A DNA stretch of 37,940 nucleotides from Myxococcota bacterium (GTDB taxonomy: Bacteria; Myxococcota_A; Polyangia; Polyangiales; Sandaracinaceae). The stretch lies in the NCBI GenBank assembly GCA_036149055.1, contig JAYZQJ010000243.1, forward strand, positions 1-37,940, read 5' to 3'. The position numbers and the translations under genes were made by a program. The notes below the pieces were generated by a model that was not told the DNA's origin, did no database searches, and saw only the letters and a program-made list of their open reading frames with translations. This document shows, in pieces, positions 8,625 through 20,776 of the stretch. Positions within the stretch are counted from its first letter, which is position 1, and each line of letters begins with the position of its first letter.

Positions 8625-8815
8625 TGGTACCGCAGGAGAGGACGTCCGGAGGGCGTCCCTCGTTCGAAAAGGAGGTCGATCGCGCGGCCGCGGCCTGGCC
8701 CGACGAACGCTTCATCCGCCCACTGTACATCACAAACGAGGCTGCGCCACGAGCCCCCGGCGTCCGGGGCACTGTACGGACGGTGAGCATTGTGGTCGGC
8801 GCCGTCCGCGATTAG
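8624..8815 (+). CDS. Small 63-aa ORF upstream of the encapsulin cargo gene, C-terminus IVVGAVRD
   Basis: ATG 8624 to TAG 8815; ends 25 nt before the ferritin-like gene; weak SD. Confidence 0.4.
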   Translation: MVPQERTSGGRPSFEKEVDRAAAAWPDERFIRPLYITNEAAPRAPGVRGTVRTVSIVVGAVRD

Positions 8816-8840
8816 GTAGGGGCCTCGGAAGGGAGGCGTG

Positions 8841-9227
8841 ATGGCAGGCCAATACCACGAGCCACGCGAGCGGCTGAGCGAGAAGTCCCTCGACATCAAG
8901 CGCGCGATCGACTCGATGATGGAGGAGCTGGAGGCCGTCGACTGGTACCGGCAGCGCGCGCAGGCGTGCACCGACCCGGCGCTGCGGGCGATCCTCGATC
9001 ATCACCAGCGCGAGGAGATCGAGCACTTCGCGATGCTGCTCGAGTGGTGCCGCCGGAACGACCCCGACTTCGCCGAGCAGCTGCGCACGTACATGTTCAC
9101 CGAGGGCGACATCCTCAACGTCGAGGACGACGCCACCGCCGGCGGCCTCGCGCGCCCGACCGAGGACGCCACCGACGCCGTGGACCCGCAGCGCAGCACC
9201 ATCGGCGCGCTGAAGGAGGAGCGATGA
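8841..9227 (+). CDS. Encapsulin-associated ferritin-like protein (EncFtn/Flp) with C-terminal cargo-loading peptide
   Basis: YHEP..LS, EELEAVDWY.QRA and H..EE.EH ferroxidase motifs; acidic linker then STIGALK (LxxGSL-type targeting peptide); GGAGG SD. Confidence 0.93.
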   Translation: MAGQYHEPRERLSEKSLDIKRAIDSMMEELEAVDWYRQRAQACTDPALRAILDHHQREEIEHFAMLLEWCRRNDPDFAEQLRTYMFTEGDILNVEDDATAGGLARPTEDATDAVDPQRSTIGALKEER

Positions 9228-10027
9228 TCCGCCCCGTGCACCCCGCAGGGCTGACCGACACCATCGTCAGCCAGATCGAGGGCTCGATCCTCGACAAGGC
9301 CAAGGCCGTGATGACCGCGCGGCGCTACCTGGACTTCGAGGGCCCCCTCGGCGGCGGCATCGAGTCGCTGCAGGTCGGCCCCGTCCACCACGCCGAGATC
9401 GACGGCACCGGCGCCAAGGTCAGCGCGCGCCGCGCCATCCCGATCCCCACCCTGTACTCGACCTTCGAGCTGCCGCGCCGCGAGATCGAGGGCGCCGTGC
9501 ACCCGGGCCTCCCGCTCGACACCGGCCCCGCCGAGGACGCGGCCGAGGAGGTCGCGCTCGCCGAGGAGCACCTGCTCTACCACGGCGTCTCCGAGCTCGG
9601 CGTGGACGGCATCGTCAGCCACCCGGGCGCCCAGAGCGTGCCGCTCTCGGACTGGTCCAAGGCCGGCGGCGCCATCGGCGACGTCATCGCCGCGGCCGAC
9701 GCGCTCGACAGCGCTCAGACCCACGGCCCGTTCGCGCTCGTGCTCGCGCCGGCGCTCTACAACCAGCTCTTCCGCAAGTACGAGGGCAGCGACGTGCTCG
9801 CGCTCGACCACCTGCGGCGGCTGGCCACCGGCGGCATCTACAAGTGCCACGTGCTCCGCGACGAGGGCGTCCTGGTCTCCCCCGACCTCGGCCCGATCGT
9901 CTGCGCGCAGGACCTCCAGGTGAGCTTCCTCGACGTGCGCGAGCACACCGTGGCGTTCACCATCTCGAGCGCGGTGGTGCTGCGGCTCGACGACCCGAAG
10001 GCGGCCTGCGTTCTCAAGCGCGGGTGA
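9224..10027 (+). CDS. Family 1 encapsulin shell protein (Linocin M18/HK97 fold), 267 aa
   Basis: ARRYLDFEGPLG, IPTLYSTFELPRREIE, PLD...AEDAA..VALAEEHLLYHG, DW, GPFALVL...LY..L, LRLDDPKAAC; ATGA overlap with the cargo gene. Confidence 0.93.
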   Translation: MIRPVHPAGLTDTIVSQIEGSILDKAKAVMTARRYLDFEGPLGGGIESLQVGPVHHAEIDGTGAKVSARRAIPIPTLYSTFELPRREIEGAVHPGLPLDTGPAEDAAEEVALAEEHLLYHGVSELGVDGIVSHPGAQSVPLSDWSKAGGAIGDVIAAADALDSAQTHGPFALVLAPALYNQLFRKYEGSDVLALDHLRRLATGGIYKCHVLRDEGVLVSPDLGPIVCAQDLQVSFLDVREHTVAFTISSAVVLRLDDPKAACVLKRG

Positions 10028-10073
10028 CCGAAGGGGCTTGCCTCGGGGGTCCCGAAGGCGCAGGTGACACCAC

Positions 10074-10580
10074 GTGGGCAAGCTCTTCCTGCTCTTCACC
10101 CTCGTCCCGATCGCCGAGACGTACCTGCTGTACCTCATGGGGGCGCACGTCGGCTGGCTGCCGACGCTGCTCCTCGTGATCCTGACCGGCTTCCTCGGCG
10201 CGGCGCTCGCCAAGCGCGAGGGCCTCAAGGTGTGGCGCTCGTGGCAGGAGGCGCTGTCCCAGGCGCGCATGCCCGAGGAGGGCATCCTCGGCGGCGTGCT
10301 CGTCCTGGTCGGCGGCGTCCTGCTCGTCACCCCGGGCGTCTTGACCGACCTCACCGGCATGCTGCTGCTCGTCCCGCCGTCCCGCCGCTTCATCGCCAAG
10401 CACGTGCGCGCGCGCCTCGAGGAGAAGTTCCAGTCCGGGACCGTGCAGTACCGCGTGGACCTCGGCGGCGGCCGCGTCGCCCAGCGCACCGTCCGCCGCG
10501 ACCCCAACGTCATCGACGTCGAAGGGGAGGTCGTCGAGGAGCGCCGCCGAGGCGACGCCCGCGGCGAGCTCGAGGGCTGA
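10074..10580 (+). CDS. fxsA: FxsA-family membrane protein
   Basis: LFLLF..VP.AE.YL, TLLLVILTG.LG..L.K.EG, GGVLLVTPGVLTD..G motifs; C-terminal VIDVEGEV. Confidence 0.9.
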   Translation: MGKLFLLFTLVPIAETYLLYLMGAHVGWLPTLLLVILTGFLGAALAKREGLKVWRSWQEALSQARMPEEGILGGVLVLVGGVLLVTPGVLTDLTGMLLLVPPSRRFIAKHVRARLEEKFQSGTVQYRVDLGGGRVAQRTVRRDPNVIDVEGEVVEERRRGDARGELEG

Positions 10581-10583
10581 GGG

Positions 10584-11888
10584 TCAGACGGGAGGCTCGC
10601 GGCGCGGAGGCCGGCCCTCGGGGGCCTTGGCGACGCACTGGGCGAGGTAGGGCAGCGCCATCTGCACGATGTCGATGTCGGGGTCGAGCTGCTTGCCGAG
10701 GCCCTCGGCGACGAGGACGCCGAGGTTGACCACCGTGAAGATCGGCTCGACCTGGATGCGGTGGCGACGGAGGATGTTCATCATCCCGCCGACCACCTCG
10801 CTGACCTCGACCTCGCCGAGCTTCTTGTCGGCGAAGCGATCGAAGAACGCCACCGTGTCGCGCTCGTAGGCCGCGTAGTCCCGGGTCGCGGCGAAGGGCG
10901 CGTAGGCGTAGAAGAGGCGCGCCGCGGCGACGCCGTCGTTGGAGCCGAGCGCCTGGAACGTCTCGATCCACGGCCGCATCATGTCCGAGGGGATCTCGGC
11001 CACCATGCCGAGGTCGATGAACACCAGGGTCCCGTCGTCCTGGAGCAGGATGTTCCCGGGGTGCATGTCCGCGTGCACGAAGCCGTCCTCGAAGACCATC
11101 TTCAGGATGGCCTCGCCGCCCCGGGCCGCGAGCCGGCGCCGCGCCTTGCGCTCCTTCACCCGCTCGGGGTGGGTCGCCTTGGTCCCGTCGATGAACTCCA
11201 TCACCAGGAGCCGCTCGGTGCAGAGCTCCTCGTAGAGGTCGGGCACGCGCACGCCCTTCACGCCGGCGAAGTTCTCGCCGAGGCGCCGGTTGTTGGCGGC
11301 CTCGAGGCGGAAGTCGAGCTGGTTGGCGAGCGCGTCGCCGAAGCGCTCCACCGCGCCGGGCAGCGCGAGGAGGTGGAACGAGGGGATCACGTCGAGCATG
11401 CGCGCGCCGACGCCGAGGATGGCGAGGTCGCGCTCGATCTGAGCCCGCGCCTCCGGCCGCTGCACCTTGAGCGCGACCCGCTCCCCCGAGTCGAGCCGCG
11501 CCTCGTGCACCTGCGCCACCGAGGCGGCCGCGATCGGCGCCGGATCCACCTCGACGAGGCGAGCGCGCTCCCCGTCGGTCAGCTCGGTCCGGAGCACCCC
11601 CTCCACCGTCTCGAAGGGCATCGAGGGCACGTCGTCCTGGAGCCGCGCCAGCGCCTCGATGTAGCCGGGGCCGAGCAGGTCGGGCCGGCTGCCGAGGATC
11701 TGCCCGAACTTCACGAACGTCGCCCCGAGCCGCTCGAGCGTGCCGGCGAGCACGTCACCGCGCAGCCGCTCTCGCTCCAGCGTCGAGAGGCGCCCGGCGA
11801 ACACGCGGCGGACCACGTAGCCGAAGAGCGCGCCCACGAAGACCAGCGCGATGAAGAGGAAGCGGGGGATGAGGAGGATCGAGCGCAT
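10584..11888 (-). CDS. AarF/ABC1/UbiB-family atypical kinase
   Basis: LGATFVKFGQILGSRPDL, AAASVAQVHEA, VALKVQRP, HADMHPGN, IDLGM; true start MRSILL at 11888. Confidence 0.93.
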   Translation of the reverse strand: MRSILLIPRFLFIALVFVGALFGYVVRRVFAGRLSTLERERLRGDVLAGTLERLGATFVKFGQILGSRPDLLGPGYIEALARLQDDVPSMPFETVEGVLRTELTDGERARLVEVDPAPIAAASVAQVHEARLDSGERVALKVQRPEARAQIERDLAILGVGARMLDVIPSFHLLALPGAVERFGDALANQLDFRLEAANNRRLGENFAGVKGVRVPDLYEELCTERLLVMEFIDGTKATHPERVKERKARRRLAARGGEAILKMVFEDGFVHADMHPGNILLQDDGTLVFIDLGMVAEIPSDMMRPWIETFQALGSNDGVAAARLFYAYAPFAATRDYAAYERDTVAFFDRFADKKLGEVEVSEVVGGMMNILRRHRIQVEPIFTVVNLGVLVAEGLGKQLDPDIDIVQMALPYLAQCVAKAPEGRPPRREPPV

Positions 11889-11969
11889 CCGCGCCGGAGC
11901 ACATAGCCCAGCCGCGCGGGAGGAGCGAGCGGCGGGAATTTCGACGCGCGAAGCGAGTACGATGCGCCC

Positions 11970-13142
11970 ATGCGCAGCTTGGCATGGAGCTTCTTTCTTC
12001 TCCTGGCGGTCGGGTGCAGCGGCCGCATGGTCGGCCCCGAGGACTCCGGCGTGGTCACGCCTCCCGCGGACGGCGGCGTCCTCACCGACACCGGCACGCC
12101 CGAGCCCGACGACGCCGGCCTCGTGGAGGACGACGCCGGCCTCGTGGCGGACGACGCCGGCTCGCCCGACGCCGGCCCGCCGCCGTGCGCCTGCCCGGTG
12201 ATGCCGACCACCTGCGTGGCCCCGGCCGCCGACACGCCGACCTTCACCCCGGGCGGCGGCATGCTCGAGCAGCTCTTCGACGTCATCGCCTGCGCCGACA
12301 CCACCCTCGAGATCGCCATCTACGAGGCCGAGTGGACCTGCCTGTCGAGCGCGATCGAGGCGCAGCTGGCGCGGGACCCCGACCTGACCGTGCGGGTGGT
12401 CGTGGACGACGATCACTGCCCGCCCGGCGACTGCATCATGGACGGCATCACGCCGAGCGACCGAGTGACCGTGGTGCGCGACGACCGGAGCAGCCTGATG
12501 CACCACAAGTGGGTCATCGCCGACGGCGCGCGCCTCTGGGTCGGCAGCGCGAACTGGAGCGAGCGCAGCTTCTGCGTCGACCACAACGACGCGCTGGTGG
12601 TCGAGCAGCCGGAGATCGTCGCCCGCTACCGCGAGATCTTCGAGCGCATGGCCACCGACGGCACCTTCGGCCCGGTCGCGCCCGAGCCGCCGACCACCGC
12701 GGGCGCCTACACCGTCTACTTCAGCCCGGAGAGCCCGACCACGATGCCGGCCGCGTGGCTGACCGCAATGGTGGCCGCGATCGACGCGTCGACGACCTCG
12801 GTCGACGTGCTCACCAACGCCTGGACCCGCACCGAGATCTCGGACGCGCTCATCCGGGCGCACATGCGCGGCGTGACCGTGCGCGCCGTGGTCAGCCACC
12901 TCTACGCCGACGACCCGCCCGCCCAGGCGCTCCTCGCCGCCGGCATCGACGTCCGCCGCGACAACGTGCACGACAAGGCCATGGTCATCGACGCCGCCAC
13001 CGTGGTCACCGGCTCCGCGAACTGGAGCCAGAACGCGTGGTCCAACAACGAGAACAGCCTCTGGATCGCCGACCCCGCCGTCGCCGCGACGTTCACGACC
13101 GAGATCGATCGTGTCTTCGCGGAGGCACGCCCGGTCGAGTGA
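11970..13142 (+). CDS. Phospholipase D superfamily lipoprotein with two HKD motifs
   Basis: Lipobox LAVGC; HHKWVIAD..GSANWS and HDKAMVID..GSANWS. Confidence 0.9.
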   Translation: MRSLAWSFFLLLAVGCSGRMVGPEDSGVVTPPADGGVLTDTGTPEPDDAGLVEDDAGLVADDAGSPDAGPPPCACPVMPTTCVAPAADTPTFTPGGGMLEQLFDVIACADTTLEIAIYEAEWTCLSSAIEAQLARDPDLTVRVVVDDDHCPPGDCIMDGITPSDRVTVVRDDRSSLMHHKWVIADGARLWVGSANWSERSFCVDHNDALVVEQPEIVARYREIFERMATDGTFGPVAPEPPTTAGAYTVYFSPESPTTMPAAWLTAMVAAIDASTTSVDVLTNAWTRTEISDALIRAHMRGVTVRAVVSHLYADDPPAQALLAAGIDVRRDNVHDKAMVIDAATVVTGSANWSQNAWSNNENSLWIADPAVAATFTTEIDRVFAEARPVE

Positions 13143-13158
13143 CGCTACGGTCCCGCGC

Positions 13159-14322
13159 GTGAAGGACGTCACCGTCGCGCTGCGCAAGGACATCTCCCGG
13201 CTCCTCGCCGCCGGACACCCTTGGGTGTACCGCGACGCGCTCGAGCGCTTCGACGCGCCGCCCGGCGCGGTGGTGACGGTGCGGGATCCGAGGCGGAAGC
13301 TCGTGGGGCGAGGGGTGGCCGAGCGAGGGCCGATCGGGGTGCGGCTCTGGACCACGGTGGACGAGCCGATCGACGAGGCCTTCGTCCGGCGGCGGGTGCG
13401 GGACGCCATCGCGCTCCGGCGGCGGCTCGCGCCCCCGAACACCACCGCCCTCCGGCTCCTCCACGGCGAGGGCGACCGGCTCGGCGGCGCGGTCTGCGAC
13501 GTCTACGACGGGGTCGGCGTGCTCCGGCTGGACGGAGCCGCGACCGAGCGCTGGGTCGACGCGATCGCGCGCGCGCTCATCGAGGAGGGGCGGCTCGACG
13601 CCCTCCTGGTCAAGCGCGGTCGGCGCGGCGACACCTCGGTCGAGGTCATCCACGGCGAGGTCCCCGACGCGCCGATCCCGGTCGAGGAGCACGGCATGCG
13701 GCTGCTCGTCGACGTTCACCGCGGCCAGAAGACCGGCCTCTTCCTCGACCACCGCGAGTCCCGCCGCTGGGTGCGCCAGGCGGCGGAGGGCATGCGGGTG
13801 CTCAACCTCTACGGCTACACCGGCGGGTTCTCCATCGCGGCCGGGCTCGGCGGGGCGCGCGCGGTCGAGACCGTCGACGTGGCCGACGCGGCGCTCGAGT
13901 TCGCGCGGCGGAGCTGGGCCCAGAACGGCCTGCCGCCCGGGCAGCACGAGACGTTCACCGAGGACGTGCCGCAGTTCCTCGAGCGCGCGCGCGCCAAGCG
14001 GCGGACCTGGGACCTCATCGTCTCGGACCCGCCCTCGTTCGCGCCCAAGAAGGAGGCGCGCAAGGCCGCGCTCCGGGCCTACCGCGCGCTGCACCGGAGC
14101 TGCCTGCGCATGATCGACGACGGCGGCCTCTACCTCGCCGCGAGCTGCTCGAGCCAGATCGATCGCGAGGCGTTCGAGAAGACCCTCCTCGACGGCGCCG
14201 AGAAGGCGAAGGTCGTGCTCCAGGTCCTCGGCCGCTGGGGCGCCGCGCCGGATCACCCCCGCGTGCTCGCCTTCCCGGAGGGCGACTACCTCAAGGTCGT
14301 CGCCTGCCGGGTCAGCCGTTGA
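13159..14322 (+). CDS. Class I SAM-dependent rRNA methyltransferase, RlmI family (PUA plus MTase)
   Basis: GHPWVY, RLLHGEGD.LGG, GQKTGLFLDHRE.R, VLNLYGYTGGFS, DPPSFA, SCS, DHP....FPEG.YLK. Confidence 0.92.
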   Translation: MKDVTVALRKDISRLLAAGHPWVYRDALERFDAPPGAVVTVRDPRRKLVGRGVAERGPIGVRLWTTVDEPIDEAFVRRRVRDAIALRRRLAPPNTTALRLLHGEGDRLGGAVCDVYDGVGVLRLDGAATERWVDAIARALIEEGRLDALLVKRGRRGDTSVEVIHGEVPDAPIPVEEHGMRLLVDVHRGQKTGLFLDHRESRRWVRQAAEGMRVLNLYGYTGGFSIAAGLGGARAVETVDVADAALEFARRSWAQNGLPPGQHETFTEDVPQFLERARAKRRTWDLIVSDPPSFAPKKEARKAALRAYRALHRSCLRMIDDGGLYLAASCSSQIDREAFEKTLLDGAEKAKVVLQVLGRWGAAPDHPRVLAFPEGDYLKVVACRVSR

Positions 14323-14748
14323 CACCCCTCGGCTGGGCCCCACATCGCGACGGATGAGCGAACGCGACGCCGGCCTGGCCCACCTCGTCCTGCGACTGAC
14401 GCTGGGCGTGAACCTCGCGCTGCACGGGCTCGTGCGGCTGCCGAAGATCACCGGCTTCGCCGAGGGGCTGAAGGGCGCGTTCGCCGAGACGATCCTGCCG
14501 GGGGATGTCGTCTGGGTCTTCGCCGTCACGCTCGTGATCGCCGAGGCCGTGGTCGGGGTGCTGCTCGTGCTCGGCGTCTTCCAGCGCTGGACCCTGGTGG
14601 CCGGCGGGCTGCTGATGACCTCGCTGGTCTTCGGCACCGCGCTCCGCGAGGACTGGGGCACGCTCGGCACGCAGATGATCTACGTGCTCATCTACTACGT
14701 GACGCTCCGCGATCTCCGCCACGACCGCTACTCGATCGACGCCTGGCT

Positions 14749-16107
<1,359 letters not shown>

Positions 16108-16110
16108 GCG

Positions 16111-17937
<1,827 letters not shown>

Positions 17938-18022
17938 GTTGGACCCGCGATTGTGTCCGGGTTCGCCCGCGATGTCACGTACTTGAAGGAGAGCCGCCCG
18001 CGACGCATGCTCCGCCGCCCCC

Positions 18023-19168
18023 ATGAGCGACGAAGAGCCCCTCTCCATCCCCACCGTCGACCTCGCCGAGCTGGTCCACCACGACCGCGCGGTCCGTCAG
18101 CGCGCCGCCGCGTCCCTGCGCGAGGCGTTCGGCACCTACGGCCTGGTCTACGTCCTGAATCACGGCGTCGACTTCACGCTGCGCGACCGCCTGTTCCAGC
18201 GCTTCGTCGACTTCACCGAGCGCCCGGACGCGGAGAAGCAGCCCTTCAACCGCGGGGACATCTGGTTCCAGCGCGGGTGGACGCCCCCGAACACCGAGCG
18301 CGCGGTCGCCGCCGGCGGCCAGCCCGACTTCAAGGAGTGCTGGTTCGCGGCCCCGGTGCCCACCAGCCCCGACCTCCAGGTCGAGTACCCGCAGATCTTC
18401 GCGGACAACGTCTGGCCCGAGGACGGCGCCGAGTTCCGCGAGGACTACCTCACGCTCGGCCGCCAGCTCCACGAGGCGGGGCTCAGCCTGCTGCACGGCG
18501 TGGCGATGTCGCTCGACCTCCCCGAGCGCACCTTCGAGCGCAAGGTCGAGGGCGGCGCGCACGTCTTCCGGCTGCTCCGCTACCTCGCGCTCGGCCAGGA
18601 TCAGGTCGGCTCGGGCGTCGTCTGGGGCGAGGAGCACACCGACTTCAACCTGCTCACCCTGCTCCCCGGCGGGCAGTTCTTCGACCCCGAGAGCGCGCCC
18701 TGCGACCGGCCGGACGACGCGAGCGGCCTCTACCTCCGCACCCGCCCCTCGAAGGCGCACCCCCGCGGGCAGCTCATCCAGGGCAAGGCGCCCCCCGGCT
18801 GCATCGTCGCGCAGGTCGGCCAGCAGCTCGAGATCCTCACCGGCGGCGAGCTGCTCGCGACCCCGCACGTGATCACCGCGCCGAAGACCCCCGGCTATAC
18901 CCGGATGAGCGGCGCCCACTTCATCCACCTGCACGCGCACGAGATGGTCTTCCCGCTCGAGCGCCTGCGCACCCCCGAGAACATCGCCGCCTACGCGCCG
19001 CCGGTCCTCGCGGGCACCTACGCGATCAAGACGCTGGTCGACATCGGGCTCGCGCCGCCCGAGGCGCTGTCCAAGCTCGGCTACCGTCACTACGGCCGCC
19101 TGGCCGACATCCACGCCGCCGAGCGAGGGGCCGCCCAACAGGGAGCAAAGGAAGACCCCGGGGCGTAA
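18023..19168 (+). CDS. Isopenicillin N synthase-like 2OG-Fe(II) oxygenase
   Basis: IPTVDL, LREAF..YG..YV.NHGV, HTD...H iron triad (HTDFNLLTLL; ATPHV), R-x-S (RMS). Confidence 0.9.
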   Translation: MSDEEPLSIPTVDLAELVHHDRAVRQRAAASLREAFGTYGLVYVLNHGVDFTLRDRLFQRFVDFTERPDAEKQPFNRGDIWFQRGWTPPNTERAVAAGGQPDFKECWFAAPVPTSPDLQVEYPQIFADNVWPEDGAEFREDYLTLGRQLHEAGLSLLHGVAMSLDLPERTFERKVEGGAHVFRLLRYLALGQDQVGSGVVWGEEHTDFNLLTLLPGGQFFDPESAPCDRPDDASGLYLRTRPSKAHPRGQLIQGKAPPGCIVAQVGQQLEILTGGELLATPHVITAPKTPGYTRMSGAHFIHLHAHEMVFPLERLRTPENIAAYAPPVLAGTYAIKTLVDIGLAPPEALSKLGYRHYGRLADIHAAERGAAQQGAKEDPGA

Positions 19169-19178
19169 GCTTCGGGCG

Positions 19179-19559
19179 ATGACCCCGCACCTCCGCCGCC
19201 TGAAGTGGGCGAACTTCGCGCTCGGCGCGTACACGTTCGTGTTCGGCCTGCTCTTCCTGGTGATCTTCGTCTTCGGCGGCTGGCTCGGGTGGCAGGACGG
19301 CGAGACCCCCGGCCTGGTGTTCATCCTGGTCGGGATCCTCGCCTTCCTGCTCATCGGCGGCCTCGGCGCCGCCCACGTGGTGGTCGGCTACCTGGTCGGC
19401 AGCGGCCGCGGGCGCGCCGCGCAGACGTGGCTCGCGAGCACCCAGCTCATGAGCTTCCCCGTCGGCACGGTCTACGCCGTCTACGCCTACTGGGTGTGCT
19501 GGGCCGACGAGGACTCGATCCGCTGCTTCGAGTCCTCGATCAAGCCCAAGGTCAGCTAG
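19179..19559 (+). CDS. Small membrane protein
   Basis: Three hydrophobic segments; FPVGT..AVYAYWV motif; high GC3. Confidence 0.75.
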   Translation: MTPHLRRLKWANFALGAYTFVFGLLFLVIFVFGGWLGWQDGETPGLVFILVGILAFLLIGGLGAAHVVVGYLVGSGRGRAAQTWLASTQLMSFPVGTVYAVYAYWVCWADEDSIRCFESSIKPKVS

Positions 19560-20209
19560 AGACAGGTCAGCGCCGCCGTGGCGCCGGTCGGGTCGTAGTC
19601 CGCCGCGCCCGCGCCCGCGGTGTCGGCGATGCGGCGCAGGGAGTCGCCGGTGATCGCGCCCGCGCAGTCGCCGCTCCAGTCGCCGTCCATCTCGGCCACG
19701 CTCTTGCGGCTCGGCGAGTGGCCCGAGCCCCAGCACACGAAGTCGATCTGCGCGTCCGGACTGGCGAACGCCCCGGAGCTGTACAGCGCCACCTCTCCGC
19801 CGGCGTCCGAGGGACGAAAGCTGGAGGGCCAAGGAAAAACATGGCGGCCGCCAGGCGCGATGGTGACCCCGGCCTCCAGGGAGGCGACCGAGACATAGAG
19901 CGGCTGCTGGCAGAGGGAGTAGCCCGAGTCGGTCTCGACCGGCGCGTCGGTGGGATTGAAGAGCGTGAGGGTCACGCCCGGGTCGAGCTCCTCGATGAGC
20001 AGATCCCCACCTGCGCAGTGGAGGGCCGGCGGCGGTCCGGCGTCGAGCACGCCCGCGTCGGCCATGCCCGCGTCGGTGGGGCCCGCGTCCGAGCCCGCGT
20101 CCACCCCGGCGTCTCCGCTCCCGACGGACGCGTCGAGGGGGCTGGCGCCGTCGCAAGCATTCAGGAGCGACGCGAGCAGGAGCGCGACGCCCGCGGCGCG
20201 TCGTCCCAC
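19556..20209 (-). CDS. Lipoprotein with DAG-repeat linker and lamin-tail-like beta domain
   Basis: Lipobox LLNAC; L.I.EL..V.L.NPT..PV..SGY.LC, IAPG, GGEVALY, IDFVCWG, G.SL.R. GTG start at 20209 inferred. Confidence 0.7.
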   Translation of the reverse strand: MGRRAAGVALLLASLLNACDGASPLDASVGSGDAGVDAGSDAGPTDAGMADAGVLDAGPPPALHCAGGDLLIEELDPGVTLTLFNPTDAPVETDSGYSLCQQPLYVSVASLEAGVTIAPGGRHVFPWPSSFRPSDAGGEVALYSSGAFASPDAQIDFVCWGSGHSPSRKSVAEMDGDWSGDCAGAITGDSLRRIADTAGAGAADYDPTGATAALTCL

Positions 20210-20210
20210 T

Positions 20211-20723
20211 TCAGATCCGGCGACGTCGCCACAGGAGGGCGACCGCCACCAGGAGCGCGAGCCCGCCCGCCCCGGCGCCGTTCGCGCGGCCGCCAACGCT
20301 GCAGCCGCCGCTCTCGGCCGGCGGGGTCGTGCCGGAGTCGCCGCCGCTCGACGTGCCGCTGTCCTGCGCGGTGGCCCCCGAATCCCCCGGGGGAGCCACG
20401 CCCGAGTCGGCCGGCGGAGCCACGCCCGAGTCCGCGGGAGCCACGCCCGAGTCGCCCGGGGCTACGCCCGAGTCGGCCGGCGCCACGCCCGCATCCGCGG
20501 TGCAGCCCGACACGGCCGTCCACATCCGCTGACTGGCCGAGGGGTCACAGACCTCGCATGCGTTGTCCGGGTTCATCTCTCCGCGCGACCGACACATGCT
20601 GTCGATGGAGCAGCAGTTCGCGCCGCAGCAGATGGGGAAGCTCCCCATTCCGATGTCGTCGTCATCCGCGCTGGCGACGGCCGGAACACCCACACACACG
20701 AGCACCAAGAGGAAAGTCCGCAT
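20211..20723 (-). CDS. Small secreted MYXO-CTERM protein with a Cys-rich domain and (DSGVAP) repeats
   Basis: Signal peptide; CC...CC.ID..C.....NP.N.C.VCDP....W; tail GGCSVG...LALLVAVALLWRRRR. Confidence 0.85.
   Translation of the reverse strand: MRTFLLVLVCVGVPAVASADDDDIGMGSFPICCGANCCSIDSMCRSRGEMNPDNACEVCDPSASQRMWTAVSGCTADAGVAPADSGVAPGDSGVAPADSGVAPPADSGVAPPGDSGATAQDSGTSSGGDSGTTPPAESGGCSVGGRANGAGAGGLALLVAVALLWRRRRI
20330..20497. repeat. 21-24 nt coding repeat encoding D[AS]GVAP units
   Basis: Repeated gccacgcccgagtc on the plus strand. Confidence 0.8.
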
Positions 20724-20776
20724 GGTGGCAGCGTCTCACAGAGGCGACTCACCATGCTAGCCTCCCCAGGACGACC

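Noticed and set aside
9224..10027. Phage major capsid gene or prophage
   Set aside because: No terminase, portal or tail genes; the adjacent cargo with a targeting peptide identifies an encapsulin.
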